A stretch of 63,454 bases of DNA, filler included, from Octopus bimaculoides (GCF_001194135.2; 9 parts of 8 records of this genome joined end to end with filler, not necessarily neighbours in it), one strand, 5' to 3'; shown: positions 11,691 to 26,401, counted from the first letter of the whole stretch. A program made the numbers and translations. The notes: generated by a model from the letters alone, not told the origin.

Positions 11691-11974
11691 NNNNNNNNNN
11701 NNNNNNNNNNNNNNNNNNNNNNNNNNNNNNNNNNTTAATTAATTAANNNNNNNNNNNNNNNNNNNNNNNNNNNNNNNNNNNNNNNNNNNNACAACTATTG
11801 AAAAGTTTGCAAGAGGCAAGGAAAGTTTTAGAAAAAATAAATAAGCAAATGAGTGGAAATAGAACTGGTGCGTGTATCAAATAATAAGGCACTAAAAGAG
11901 ACACAATCATATATATATACGTATATGTTTAGCATTTGCCTAATGGAGGAATTTGATGTTCTTACCCTCGTTCC

Positions 11975-12450
11975 TACATCCAGTTGACTCATCTAGGAGT
12001 TTCGATAATATGATATCTAGTTTAATGTTGAAGTCATTTACATGCACGCGATGGAGATCTCTCAGTCCCTTCAGGAGGATATTGAAGAGCTGGTGCCCCT
12101 TGAATCTCAAGCTATTGCAGTATCAGGTCGTTTGTTTTGACGGCATAAGACGGGTGCTATATGCAATGCAATGCATGACTTTTAATGACAAAGTTTGGGA
12201 CAAGTTTATCCAGGATCTCCCAAATCTATATTGCAGCATATTTTTCCCACTGCGTTCCAAGGTGTAAAGTATTAACTTCTTGCGTCTTTTCCAGTTGCTA
12301 ATTTGCTGCACGGAGGCTATTTTCCTGTAGCTTCGCTGGACTACTTCGAGTTCTGCTATTAATTTGATACTGTATATATGAGCATAAATGGGAGCAATAG
12401 TCTTGACGGTTTAGGACAAAAGTCCTCCAGAAGATCATTATGGCTTCCTG
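11975..12450 (-). mobile_element. CR1/L2-like LINE, 3' end of ORF2 (degenerate)
   Basis: Contains NSLRFKGHQLFNILLK-like C-terminal motif and is clearly homologous to 17200-17740. Confidence 0.65.
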
Positions 12451-12489
12451 GCCTCTTTGCTGGAAGTTACCACCCCCCATATATATGTG

Positions 12490-12557
<68 letters not shown>

Positions 12558-13599
12558 AGAAAGAGAGAGAAAGAAAGAGAGAGAGAGTGAAAGAGAGGGG
12601 GAAGGTATGATCTAGACAGCTAAAGAGAAATGTGTTCAAGACAAATTTTATTCATATCACTTAAAAGAGTGAGTGAAGAAATCATTTATGATGCAGACGA
12701 AATCTGTTTGTTGGACGTTTGTGTAAACAAAATATAACTTACATTTCTCTTACTAAATACAGGTCTTCATCAGAAGTTTGTGTGTGTGTGTATGTGTGTG
12801 TGTGTGTTTGTGTGTGTTTGTGTGTGTGCTAAAGTGTCTGGTATCGCTGTCATAGCTCTAAGTTTTATTTGTATGTGTTTATGTTTGTGTTATATATGAA
12901 TGTATGATTCCACCACAAGCGTTGAGCTGTTTTCTAAATTTTATTCGGCTCGCAATGGCGATGTGTTAAACAATGCTGGAAATTTTTCTGAGCAAAATGA
13001 CTTGTGTAGAGTACATAAATTGAAACACTTTCTCACTATATTTCCCCGTTTTGGACCATTCATAAAATGTTATTCATGCTACAAGCATATAGAGAAATTC
13101 ATGTGATTGAATTTATAATGAAGACAATATTGTTAACTTTCAAACTGTGCTCGTAAGTCGCTTTTCACCATAAAGCTATGTGTAATAAAATAAAGTAGTC
13201 TGCAACATAAAATAAGACAAAAGTGAGAGGCAAGGAAAAGGAACACGAAAAACAATATTGAAATGAAATAAAAAAAAAAGATTTCTCAAACCTCTCGCGA
13301 AAATTTCTACAGCTAATATGTCATCATAAAATTTAATAGCTGACGTTTCATTTTTGACCTTGCATTAAGAGAACATTTTTCATTACATTGTTACTCTTCT
13401 GAGATAATACTAAAAGATTTTCTGTTAAGCAAAGATAAGAACCTAGCTTCTTTTTTTTTTTCTATTGCAAAAATGCTTGTAAATAAACATAAAAGATTTA
13501 ATCCATGTTACATTTAAGGTCTAGCACAAGTTACCATTTATCTTTGAATAATTTTCAGTAGACCAATAAAAGATTCATGCTTGAGTTAAAAGGTGGCTA

Positions 13600-14800
13600 A
13601 TTCCATTGCCGACAATATCTGGTCTTAAATATATTTCCTGTCACCAGGTGGAATGGAAAGGGGTATATTTGGAGGAGATTATACTGAGTGTATACTGTGT
13701 GGACTTCGATACAAAATGAGTAATGAACGTAGAGCATTTCTCTATAGAAATACGGAAGTACTGCTCCTAGAACCACCAATATTAAGAAGTGAGGAAAAGA
13801 GGATTATGCAAAGTTGCTAGAAATGGAATCAGAATGTCGCAGTTTGGAAGGTTGAAGAATTGAAGGTAATGTATCAGTTCTGAGTTTTTGTTGTGTGTGT
13901 GGAGGAAGATGCTCTTAAAATTTTGGTGCATCATGCACTTAAGTGCTTCTGATAGGGCAGGGGACACGTTCATGTGCTGCCAGTGATAGTTAACATAAGA
14001 CTGGTCCAGTTCCGACCTTTCAGCTGATTTGAAGTTCCTTACAATTCATAGTGGAGGGTTTTGTATAATATATGGATGTGTATAGGATAGTTGCAATTTC
14101 TCAATAGTTGGACGGCGCATTAGGCGCAAGGACGGTTATGGTTTGATAGAAAGTGAGAAAGAAATCAAATTTATTTAGAATGTTTGTGGATCAATCAGAA
14201 CTGTATGCAAGGAACAAAAAAGATTTCACTCGATTCAGTTTCTGCACTGACGTCATCAATATGAGATGAGTGTAAGAAACATGAGGAGTGTGAAGTGAGA
14301 AAGATCTCTTCAATGCTGTAGCAGATCTGGTTTAAGTACTGTCAGTGGTCGGGGAGTTTGATAAACGCTAGCAGAAGATGTATTTGGATGAATGGGGATA
14401 AGTGATATTGAGCAAGATGAACTGGAAGTGTTTGTTGCTGATACCTAGATAAGGCCGGTGAGTGACAAGATGGTAATTATTTATACTTGTCGATTCTATT
14501 TATACGCAGATACCATCTTCCAGAATGAAATTTGGATAAACAGTGTAACCTCAGTATCAGACGAAAGGATTTTATTATGTCTCGGACAGCTATAGGGTAA
14601 GGAGTTTGTCTAGTGATGTGCTGACGCTGGAGTAGAGTCTACGACTACTTGAAAAGAGAGAAGAGAATCGACAAGTATGTTTAGCTGTTGTTTTGGCAAC
14701 ACGATGAAGAGTAAAGGTTGGCGATTCCTTGAGAAGTCACGGAAATTGGTTGTGAGTCTTGTCTAAGTGTTTGACACAGTGCTAACTCGATTGGACTAAA
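13600..14800 (-). mobile_element. Highly degenerate retroelement, possibly Penelope-like
   Basis: Strong strand compositional skew and only faint, stop-riddled resemblance to Penelope RT motifs. Family assignment is weak. Confidence 0.3.
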
Positions 14801-15252
14801 TGGTTGAACATGGATCTAACATGTACATACCATGCGAAGAAAAAAAACTGAAAACTTGAGTGGTTTGCATTAAGAAACACCATTGCAAAAATATATTGTC
14901 TAAATTTGAAAATTTAATAAATGAAAATAAACACCCGGTTCACCCAGGCATTTATGGATAAATGTAAATAAACAATTTGAAATGAAAGGCTATAGTACTT
15001 CTCATTCAGTTTGCTCATTTGCAAAATAACATAAACTAGCATTATCTTTCTAGTTGCGTTGGTCCGATTATTTTTAAGACCAATTATCAAAGGGTACAAG
15101 TTTAAAAACAGAATCAATTGCAACAACATTACTATGAAATACATGTGGATAGCAAAGAAGTGAAGCAATCATTTGGATTAACGAATATTAATTGGGTGTA
15201 TAGGAATCAGATAATTCTTATAGGAAGATTTATATTTTAATCAGATAAAAAT

Positions 15253-15293
<41 letters not shown>

Positions 15294-16279
15294 NNNNNNN
15301 NNNNNNNNNNNNNNNNNNNNNNNNNNNNNNNNNNNNNNNNNNNNNNNNNNNNNNNNNNNNNNNNNNNNNNNNNNNNNNNNNNNNNNNNNNNNNNNNNNNN
15401 NNNNNNNNNNNNNNNNNNNNNNNNNNNNNNNNNNNNNNNNNNNNNNNNNNNNNNNNNNNNNNNNNNNNNNNNNNNNNNNNNNNNNNNNNNNNNNNNNNNN
15501 NNNNNNNNNNNNNNNNNNNNNNNNNNNNNNNNNNNNNNNNNNNNNNNNNNNNNNNNNNNNNNNNNNNNNNNNNNNNNNNNNNNNNNNNNNNNNNNNNNNN
15601 NNNNNNNNNNNNNNNNNNNNNNNNNNNNNNNNNNNNNNNNNNNNNNNNNNNNNNNNNNNNNNNNNNNNNNNNNNNNNNNNNNNNNNNNNNNNNNNNNNNN
15701 NNNNNNNNNNNNNNNNNNNNNNNNNNNNNNNNNNNNNNNNNNNNNNNNNNNNNNNNNNNNNNNNNNNNNNNNNNNNNNNNNNNNNNNNNNNNNNNNNNNN
15801 NNNNNNNNNNNNNNNNNNNNNNNNNNNNNNNNNNNNNNNNNNNNNNNNNNNNNNNNNNNNNNNNNNNNNNNNNGGGGGGGGGGAGAAGGGAAGAAATTAA
15901 GAGATAAGAAGAAAGATAACGAAAAAGAGGAAAAGGGGAAAGGAGCGTGTGAAAGTAATTAAAAAGATAAGAAATAGAATGTTGCAGGATACAAAGTGTA
16001 GAGGAGAGAAAGAGAGAGAGAGGGGGAGGGAGAAAAACAATGTGCTGAATAAAGAAAATTTTATCTATAATACTTCATATACAATGATTTAAAGTGTGCC
16101 TCTCATATCTCTATAACATAATTGTCTTCAACCAGTTACTTCACTCAGACTCACCTTTCATGATGTCTTAACAACAAGATTAGCTATCCACGAATCACAC
16201 TTTTGATTATACTCCATAACTGTTGCTGGCTGTGGATTATTTGTTCCTTAACCACAAGTTAGGATGATGGTAATGATGT

Positions 16280-16715
16280 TTAATATTACGTAATAATCAT
16301 AGCCCATCTAGGATTTATCAACTGTCTCCAGCACTTCAGCATATACAACAGCATTAATTTTAAGGCCCGTGGAGAGATGTAAGGTGGCATGACTTGACCG
16401 TCGTTGCTCACTGCTTCTAAAACCATAAGAATTGCTAGAAACTTAGTGTGCATTACACTGGCGATATGAAAAGGAACTGCACATAACCATCTGTCCATTT
16501 TCGATTTAGATTTTTGGTCTTTGTCGAAGATTTTCTCATTAGAGATCGAAAGCTTTCATGTTCACGAGGGTTCTTTTAACGTTGTTAAGTAACTACTCAG
16601 CACGTAACAATCGGTTTCCCTGTGCCTTCACGCACCACAGTTCTGATAGTCTACTCCAACACGATAGCCCTTATTGATTTTCCGATATCATCATCAATAG
16701 TGTTTTGAACCTGAT
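16280..16715 (-). mobile_element. maT/DD37D-like Tc1-mariner transposase fragment
   Basis: EKIFDKDQK...DRWL...VMHTKFLAILMVLEAVSNDGQVMPPY, related to the copies at 21.4-22.3k and 49.8-50.4k. Confidence 0.65.
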
Positions 16716-17199
16716 GGCGGAATTGCTGTGTCCTTATATTAAACGAATGTTTAGAGTTTCTTTACTTTTTTTCTTTTCGTTGTGCTACATTCTTGCTAAA
16801 TGCTTCCAGTTCTATCCGAAATTTATGTACAAAAGATTCTGCAACGTTCAGAAAGTTGGCATTTTCCTAATCATCGTGTTCTGCATTTATGGAAAAATAA
16901 TTGCATGTTTTTCTCATTTTTTGTGTGAGCATTTTATCTGCTATGGGAGCTCGTGAAAATATAAAAAATCTTATAATTGATTTGAAAAGAGTAATATATT
17001 TAAGATTAAGTGTCCTAAAACACCTCTCGCCCCCAGTATATACATACATGCTCACACACGAAGGTATATAGAATTTTAGTCTTTTCTTTTATTCTTTTAC
17101 TAGTTTCAGCTCAAGGGCTGTGGTCATGCTGCAGCATCACCAACTGGTGTTGGTACGCTTTCATTAATAATCCTGTAATAGTTGGCATTTTCTGAATGA

Positions 17200-17740
17200 T
17201 AGAGTTTGATGCTGCCCCCTTCCTTCCTGCTTCCTGCAATGAGGATGGCTCATCTAGGACACTTGTCACTAGGATGTCCAGTTTATTTTGAAGACATCTA
17301 CATACACACCATGTAAGTCTTTGAGTTCCTTCGGGAGGATATTGAAGAGCTGTGGGCCCTTGAATCTCAAGTTATTGCAGTATCTAGTACTGTCTTTTGA
17401 CGGTAGGGGAAGGATTTTAGGCACTATGTAATGGCACCTTGTTCTGGTGTTAGTATAACTTTCAACGCCAAAGCTTTGTTGCAAGGTACACCTGGAAGAA
17501 TCTTCCAGAATCTTCCATAGTTACAGTCTTCGCCCAAGGGAGAAAAGTCTTAACCTCTTAAGTTTTTTCCAGTAGCTAATTTGCTGCATAAAAACTATCC
17601 TCTTCGCGTAGCTCCGCTATTAGAATCACACAGTATGGGGACCATAGTTGGGAGCAATAGTCAAAAGGGCTTAGAACAAATGTACTCCAGAGGACCATCA
17701 TGGTTTCTTGGTCTCCTCTTCAGAAAGTTCTAAGAATCCA
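17200..17740 (-). mobile_element. CR1/L2-like LINE, 3' end of ORF2 (degenerate)
   Basis: ORF 17269-17484 contains STRYCNNLRFKGPQLFNILPKELKDLHGVYVDVFK. Second copy at 11975-12450. Confidence 0.7.
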
Positions 17741-17785
17741 TCCGGTCAGACGCCTGATTTCATTGCCAACATAGTAATATGCGCA

Positions 17786-17853
<68 letters not shown>

Positions 17854-18554
17854 NNNNNNNNNNNNNNNNNNNNNNNNNNNNNNNNNNNNNNNNNNNNNNN
17901 NNNNNNNNNNNNNNNNNNNNNNNNNNNNNNNNNNNNNNNNNNNNNNNNNNNNNNNNNNNNNNNNNNNNNNNNNNNNNNNNNNNNNNNNNNNNNNNNNNNN
18001 NNNNNNNNNNNNNNNNNNNNNNNNNNNNNNNNNNNNNNNNNNNNNNNNNNNNNNNNNNNNNNNNNNNNNNNNNNNNNNNNNNNNNNNNNNNNNNNNNNNN
18101 NNNNNNNNNNNNNNNNNNNNNNNNNNNNNNNNNNNNNNNNNNNNNNNNNNNNNNNNNNNNNNNNNNNNNNNNNNNNNNNNNNNNNNNNNNNNNNNNNNNN
18201 NNNNNNNNNNNNNNNNNNNNNNNNNNNNNNNNNNNNNNNNNNNNNNNNNNNNNNNNNNNNNNNNNNNNNNNNNNNNNNNNNNNNNNNNNNNNNNNNNNNN
18301 NNNNNNNNNNNNNNNNNNNNNNNNNNNNNNNNNNNNNNNNNNNNNNNNNNNNNNNNNNNNNNNNNNNNNNNNNNNNNNNNNNNNNNNNNNNNNNNNNNNN
18401 NNNNNNNNNNNNNNNNNNNNNNNNNNNNNNNNNNNNNNNNNNNNNNNNNNNNNNNNNNNNNNNNNNNNNNNNNNNNNNNNNNNNNNNNNNNNNNNNNNNN
18501 NNNNNNNNNNNNNNNNNNNNNNNNNNNNNNNNNNNNNNNNNNNNNNNNNNNNNG

Positions 18555-18710
18555 CTTCTTTCAGTTTCCGTCTACCAAATCCACTCACAAGGCTTTGGTC
18601 AGCCCGAGGCTATAGTACCAGACACTTGCCCATGGTGCCACGCAATGGGAATGAACCCGGAACCATGTGGTTGGTAAGCAAGCTACTTACCACACAGTCA
18701 CTCCTGCGCC
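18555..18710 (-). mobile_element. SINE family C copy
   Basis: Reverse complement of GGCGCAGGAGTGACTGTGTGGTAAG...CACATGGTTCCGGGTTC...GAGTGGATTTGGTAGACGGAAACTGAAAGAAGC. Recurs at 27319 and 28358. Confidence 0.8.
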
Positions 18711-19089
18711 TATATGATATAAATTTATAAGAATTTATAAACGCATATACATACGAAGATTTATAAATGTATAAAAGTTTATAAATATATAAAAATTTAC
18801 AAACATATAAAAACTCATAGATACATAAACACATAAATATAAATACATAGATGTACTTGCGAAGTTCGAATGTCAGTATTAGAATCAATGAGGAGGGTAG
18901 ATAAGAAAGATAGTATAAAATGATTCATGAGGAATCCTAAATAGGTACAAAATCCTACAGCCGTTTCGAGAAGATATAAGTTCTTATGGCTGAGCTAACT
19001 CCAACCATAGCAATTACATATACTTCTCTCAATAGTATGTATATATATGTATGTGTGTATGTATCTATGTATGTATGTATCTATATATG

Positions 19090-19122
<33 letters not shown>

Positions 19123-19485
19123 NNNNNNNNNNATATATGTATGTATGTATGTATATATATATACACATGTATATACATATGTATGTATATATATACATAT
19201 ACATATACATATATATGCATGTATAAATATGTATATATACATGTATGTACATCCATACATACACACACACACATGTATACACACACACATATACATCCAT
19301 ATAAATATGTGTATAAATATACCTACCCACGTCTAAAGATATATATGGTTTTTGTCGACAATAAAGCTAACTTCAGTGTGTCCCTTGCCTATGCCCACTC
19401 ATTAGATACTTGACACTTCACCATAGTTCGACACGAACTTGCGATGGGCCAGGCTGTATTATGCATGCTTGGGATCATCCTGAAA

Positions 19486-20370
19486 ATGGAGAACCGAAAC
19501 GAACACTATCGATACTTCATGTGTTTTAATTTTAAGAATGGCAAGAAAGCAGCGGAAACTTGCAAGAAGATATGGATTGTGTATGGAGAGGATGTTGTTA
19601 CGGAACGTGTGTGCCAGAAATAGTTTTCAAGCTTTCCATACTGAAATTTACAGTTCCAGACGAACATTGCTCTGACCGGCTTTACTGAGATCCCCAGCAA
19701 CACACCCACCCCGTTATACAACCAAGATGACCTTAGATATTCCCTAAATGTCCAAATTGCGTGTTGAGAATTATATATCTCAACTTAGTTATGTCAGTAG
19801 GCTCGATGTTTGGATCTCACATCAATAGAATAAGGTTAACCTTACCCAATGGATTTTCATCTGCAATTCATTGAAAAAGTGAGGGAAAACGTTAATTTTT
19901 TGTTGAGAATAGTGCTAGGGAAAGAAAAATGGATCACTTCTAGCAATGTGAAGCGCAAGCGATAAAGGGGAATGCGCGGTGAACCAGCACAAACAACCTC
20001 CAAAGCAAAACTTCACCAAAAGAAGATTATGGTTTCAATTTGGTAAGATTGGAAATATGATGTCTTTTACGAGCTTCTTATTCAGATGTGACTAGTTGGA
20101 CAGATCAAATGTGGCAATCTACCATAAGCCTTCAGCACCTGCTAATTGTAGAGGGTATTGTCTGAAGAGAATGCAAAGATTCACTTGAAGGAGATTTTCA
20201 CCACTAAAGACAGGACATTCTTTGAGTAAGGAATAATGAAACTGGCCATAAGATAACAAAAAGATATTGGAACGAAACGGTAATTATTGGTTGAATTAAT
20301 AATTTTGTGTTTAAAACTTGTGTCTCATTTTCGCTTTAAAAAAATTGAATGGACTTTTTGGCCAATATAT
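19486..20370 (+). mobile_element. Mariner element, decayed
   Basis: MENRNEHYRYFMCFNFKNGKKAAETCKKIWIVYGEDVVTERVCQK, later EKWITSSNVKRK and KLHQKKIMVSIW...FYELL, with stops and frameshifts. Confidence 0.85.
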
Positions 20371-20699
20371 ATGTGCGTGTGCGCGTGTTTGTGTGTGTGT
20401 GTGTATGTGTGTGTGTGTGTGTGCGTGTGTGCGTGTGTGTATGTGTATGACTACGTCTATGTGTACATATGTTCATTTACATATATTTCGTAGATTCGCG
20501 GCATCGATGGACAGCTGTATAGTGGAGAGACGTTTCTGCTAATCCTGGGGTCAATTTTACACTTGATCCTTCATGGGGTCGATAAATAAACTTCCAGTAA
20601 AGGACTTACGGGAATATAATAAACTATTCAGTACTTTAATTTTCGGTATTGTGACTGTGTTAGGGATAATTCTTATAGGCTTGTGTACACGTAGGTATC

Positions 20700-21270
20700 A
20701 GCGTGAATCATTTGGGTCTGAACTAAACCACTCTTCCTGCACACGTGTTAAATTTTCGCGCCGGTAGGCCGCGTCAGTTCCTAGCTGTTACGTCTGGAGT
20801 ACACGCGTGAAGTGCGCACTCCTCGGAAATTTCGTTTTCTCTGAACGCATCGAGCATAGATATTGCATGAAGTCTTGCCAAAAGCTTGGTGATACTAAAG
20901 CTCAAACCAGCCGGAAGATTCAGCAGAGCTTTGACGATGATGCCATGGGCGAAACTCAGATCAAGGAGTGGTATAATCGTTTCAAATATGGCTGCACCGT
21001 TTGAGAAGATTCGGCAAATAGTCATGGAAGACCGTTATGTAACAATCCAGGAAATTGCTCGGGAAGTGGAAATAAACACAGGATCAGTGTATTCCATTTT
21101 AATGGAAGATTTGTGTATGCGGAGAGTGCCAGCAAAATTTGTTCCCCAGTTGCTGGCGGAAAAACAGAAGCAACTCCGCATGGAAATCACTTATGCCATG
21201 CTGGATAGGCAAACAATGACCCACACTATATGAAAACCTTCATCAGTGGTGATGAGACATGAGTTTATGG
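20700..21270 (+). mobile_element. Mariner transposase fragment (second subfamily)
   Basis: ERIEHRYCMKSCQKLGDTK...IKEWYNRFK, then VTIQEIAREVEINTGSVYSILMEDLCMRRVPAKFVPQLL, and GDETxVYG. Confidence 0.85.
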
Positions 21271-21378
21271 TCTCTGCTCGATGTATTCGGTCATCTTCCG
21301 CACTACACGTTTCAGTCATTGAAATGCAGCCATTCTGGAGCTCCGCCTTTTAAAGTTTACTCAAACAAATGTGTGTGG

Positions 21379-21429
<51 letters not shown>

Positions 21430-21430
<1 letters not shown>

Positions 21431-22285
21431 AGGGTGCGGTGGATATATTGTCGTCTAAATTACGCAAAAATGAAGATAACACTGACATCTCATTTTAACA
21501 GATATATTTACCAAAATTAAATTAAAATATCTTGAAATACGAAAAAGTAAATTTATTCAATAAAATCGCCATTAGCTGACGATTTCGGAATATCCTGCAT
21601 CTCTTCTCGACGGTCTCCTTGTTTAAGTTGGTGAATCTTGTCATAATCCCTTCCTTCAGGTCATCTTTGCTATTACAAGGGGTTTTGTTGGTCTCTCGCT
21701 CAGCTGCACCCCACATATAATAATCAAGGGATTGCAGTTTGGTGAGTTATGTGGCCAGATGTTAGGGCTGATGCGGTCGAATAAATTGTCTTCTGCTTGT
21801 GTGGCATGGAGCAGAGTCCTGTTGTCAGACAGAGGTTCTTCCAGCAGCCACCTTTTTGACTCAGGGTAGTATTACCTCCTCTAGGCACTTGATGTAAACC
21901 TCCGTGTTGAGTATGAGGCCGTGTGGGAAGATAAATGGAGGCATAACGTCACCATCATTAGTGATCACTTCAAACGTCCATATGTTGAGTGGATGTTTGA
22001 TTTTTATCACTCTCGGTACATGTCCTCAGATTGCACTGTTCTCAGATTGCACTGTCCTCAGATTGACACCTAAACATTTTGAAATGTTCGTATTGGAGCT
22101 TCCGGAGCGAATGCCAAGCAGTACAACATGTCATTTCCAAATTTCTGTCAGAGTGAATTGCGTTATGGTGTGCTGGTTTTATCACAGACAGTGCCTAACT
22201 GACCCTACAATACTATGTAATCGACAAAATCATAAACAAACCATGCGCGAAATTAAAATTTAAAATGTCGACCATTTATCTTATG
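21430..22285 (-). mobile_element. Internally deleted maT/DD37D-like DNA transposon with both end regions
   Basis: Transposase pieces DVMPPFIFPHGLILNTEVYIKCLEEV, QQDSAPCHTS and SLDYYMWGAAERETNKTP. Candidate terminus CAGGGTGCGGTGGATATATTGTCG at 21430 and a diverged inverted counterpart near 22265-22285. Confidence 0.8.
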
Positions 22286-22389
22286 AACTTTATTAGCTTA
22301 CAGCTTTTACCACTATAAGATGTGATTGATTCGCATTCGTATCTGTTCGCTTGAGTAACACCTAAGAGTTTCATCGGAGACAAAAGCAT

Positions 22390-22432
<43 letters not shown>

Positions 22433-22532
22433 NNNNNNNNNNNNNNNNNNNNNNNNNNNNNNNNNNNNNNNNNNNNTTAATTAATTAANNNNNNNNNNNN
22501 NNNNNNNNNNNNNNNNNNNNNNNNNNNNNNNN

Positions 22533-22580
<48 letters not shown>

Positions 22581-23291
22581 TGTGTGTTTGTGTGCGTATG
22601 AATGCGAATCTAAATGATATATAATGATATATATGTATATATGTGTGTATACCTATGTAACGTGCATTTTTCATTGATACTATTATTATCATCATCTTTA
22701 TTATTATCATCATTATTATTATGAATATCATTAGTTTTATTATCAGCACCATCACCACCATCATGATCACGAGTACCGTCTTTATTATTACAAACGAAGG
22801 AAATTAATTGACAAACAAACAAATAGACAAAACCGAAATACCTGTAATCAATACATTGGCAGATTTAGTGAAGCAGTGTAAAGATAAATTTGAAGCTGAG
22901 ATATGGAATAGTCGCTGACGATCATCCGGGTAACTTTCCTTCTACAGACGCCATTTCGTTTCAGTTGTACGTGATCCGTTAGTGTCTTGTTTTACATGTT
23001 GATTTATCACTGATTGTCACGTAAGATTATATATAACAATGTAACTTAGTAAGGATTGAATGAATGCGTTTGTCTTTATCTTCCTTTGTATGGGTATATG
23101 TGTGTTTATGTGCGTTTAAGTGTGTGTGTGTGTATGTGAGTGAGTGATTCTCTGTATGGATGTTCGGAGCTTTGCATAGATTTTCTTGTTTCCACTTATG
23201 TATGTATCTATCTATCTACATATGATATACATTGTATATGTATATAATTTACAAATATACATACGCATACATACATGCATATACATATACA

Positions 23292-23330
<39 letters not shown>

Positions 23331-24899
23331 GAGCACACATATACATAGATGCGTTTACATGCTTATATATATATGTATGCATTTTATACACAAGTACATA
23401 TACCCCATATATATATACATGCATATATCTGTATATATACCTGTATGTATGTATGTATATATATATATATATATATACGAGTATGCATATACTATTGCAT
23501 TTCTGCTGGATTCTTTCAGTTGCTACATTCAGTTATGTCATGTCTTTGCATTTTCTGTAAAATAGATTCTTTTAACAATTCGAAATAAATTAATGTCAAG
23601 AGAAAAATTTGGTTTACATATCTGCAGAATTAACTGTTTCGCTGTTGAATGCGATCACAACATGTACTAAATACTGAACATACATGCAAATACATCTCAA
23701 CAGCCTTACCCACACACACATACACACACCTGAACACACAAAAACATTAACATACATGTACGCATTTCTATGTTTATATAAGTGTGCATGTGGTACTTGT
23801 GTACGTGCGATATCTCTGTTTATATGTGTATCGATAGCACACATATACATATGGGTATATAGACATGTACATGTATAATTGAATAAAATTTGTTTAAAAG
23901 ACTTGTAGTATGCTGTACAAAGCTCACCCACATGTATTGGTTACCCAATATCGCATGGTGGGAATATCCTGGTTACTGGATAGATATCTCGAATTCCGTA
24001 CTTGTAGGTTTTATTTGAAGATATAATGCATTGTACATAGAGAAAATGGATCGAACATTCTTTGTTCCATTTCACTGCAATCGTATAATCACTTGCAGTA
24101 AACTGGAACAAAGTTTTCTGTTACACACACACAGAGTTTTCAATCAGTTTTCGCGCACACACACATGTATATGTGTACTCTAACATAGACACAAGCATAT
24201 GCATGTACGGAAATACATGTATGTTCGGGTTTGCTAATCTATATATGTATACTCACGCACACATGTTTAACTGCTATGAGCAGCAGTATTGAGTAGCATC
24301 TTTAATAACTCATATCAAATATCCTTTTCTAAAGAGAATCTCAAGATTCTATTGAGCGCCATCATTGTTTCCTTTTCCTCTGTACATCTAAATCCGATGA
24401 AGTTCCTAATATGTCAATGACCTTTGTAGTCCCTCTGAAAGTGAGGAGATTGATCTTACAATTTATATGAGTTGAACTGTGCTGTGGAAACAACTTCAGG
24501 GAACAGAGATATTAATTTCTGTTTATATGGCACTTGTCATGATTGAAACTATTGTTCTACTGCATCCTAACTTCTTAAACTATATACCCTTGTTTATATT
24601 ATTCTAGATACAAGCCTATTCCACTTACGTTTCTTAATCTGAAGAACGCATCACCCTTATATCCACGTCATGCTAACGCGTGTCAAAACAACGTAGAAGA
24701 ACAATTATGCGGATGGACAGGTATTAAAATATGAAAGTCGGAACGTTAGTCGTTTAGAATAAGCTAACAGACATCCTTCATTTGGTATATAAGGATATAC
24801 TTTACAACGTAGTGTTTATTTGAGAGAAAGACGACTAAACACGCTAAAATGAGGTTGCTTAGCCTTTCTTAAGCTATAATCACCAATATTAAGTTTCAT

Positions 24900-25800
24900 C
24901 TGTTCTGAACAGAGTGAATATTGAAGATCTCCATTAGGTTCTATTCTCACATATACACCGTATGGCAAGTTAATCCAGCCCTTTATATTGCCAATCTACT
25001 TCGTTCAAGTTTTCCTTTCAAATATTTGCTATAAGTCGTCCCTTGTAGCTACACTCTTGATAATTTGTGTTCTTGTAATGTGACCAAAGTACAAACGACC
25101 AGTTTTTATTTGTTAGTCGTAGCACTTCCTTTTTGTTCAGTATCTTATGGATAGAATTTTGATCGTTATCCGTGTCTCAGCATGTCCAAGTTTCTCATTC
25201 CATCAAGTTACAACAAGTAACATGGAATATTTCAGAATTTCTATATACATTCTTATAGCTATATTCTTAATATTTTTTTACCAAGTGCCACGTTCTTCTC
25301 TAAATAGTAGGGTCCTGTTGATTCCACCTCAAAACAAACGCCAAACAGACATTAAGCAAATGCCGCTCAATCACCATATCAAGCGCTCTAGCTATTCAGT
25401 TAATCCACCAGCAAGTGCATTCATGTTTTTATATTTCAATCATAACGATTTATCGAATCTAGATTGATGGGAAGACATTGCTGGACATAGAGGTTTTTGG
25501 TCAGAGAATGCATTGAAACGGAACAATCGCCAATTCCCCACCTGAATCATATCTACGTAAACTACTCCAACACACAGTGCCAATGAAGAGTTTCCATCCT
25601 CTAAGTTCTACTGAAATGATAGAATAACTGCCACTTCTCTAAGACATCTACTTAAACGATCTCTAACCAGTACTTCAGCCGAAACATACTCGACTGCAAA
25701 TGGTAGCTCAATCTTCCACAATTACACCGTAATATATTAGCAAAAGGACCATCGCAGTGCAGTATTTGCTATAGAGAATAAATAAAAATAGTCAGGACTA
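24900..25800 (-). mobile_element. RTE-clade LINE remnant (RT C-terminal region)
   Basis: Degenerate ILKYS...W and LYFGHITR...IGNIKGW segments resembling the RTE 'LRYFGHI..' C-terminus. Many stops. Confidence 0.5.
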
Positions 25801-26345
25801 CACAAATGTTTAAACAACGATATGATTCGTCAAGCCTGACCTTCTCCAAAGCTCAAACATCGACAAGGAGAATTCAACAGCCATTTTATAATTTTTCGTT
25901 ACAACATACCACATTCATGTTTATATGGAAAGATGTATTAACATGTGTCTGTGGATGTGTGTATATACTCGTTTAGGAATATATATGGGTGTGTGTGTAT
26001 GTATGTATGGATGTATAAATATATGTATGGATGTATGCATTGATGTATATGTGTATGTATGTATAGATATATATTTATATATACATACGTACATATATAT
26101 GTATGTATGTATATATATATATATATACATATATATACATATATATACATATATATACATATATATACATATATATATATATATANNNNNNNNNNNNNNN
26201 NNNNNNNNNNNNNNNNNNNNNNNNNNNNNTTAATTAATTAANNNNNNNNNNNNNNNNNNNNNNNNNNNNNNNNNNNNNNNNNNNNTTGTGTGTCAATCAC
26301 TCACTAAAATGACGAAATTTTAAAATTTGTCATTTATTGCTCTCT

Positions 26346-26401
<56 letters not shown>

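Noticed and set aside
14914-15168. Hydrophobic N-terminal ORF as the chitinase signal-peptide exon
   Set aside because: No GH18 similarity follows it, and hydrophobic ORFs are expected by chance in AT-rich DNA.
23959-23970. TGGGAATATCCT (WEYP) as the missing chitinase catalytic motif
   Set aside because: It is on the wrong strand, lacks the preceding DxxDxD, and has no exon context.
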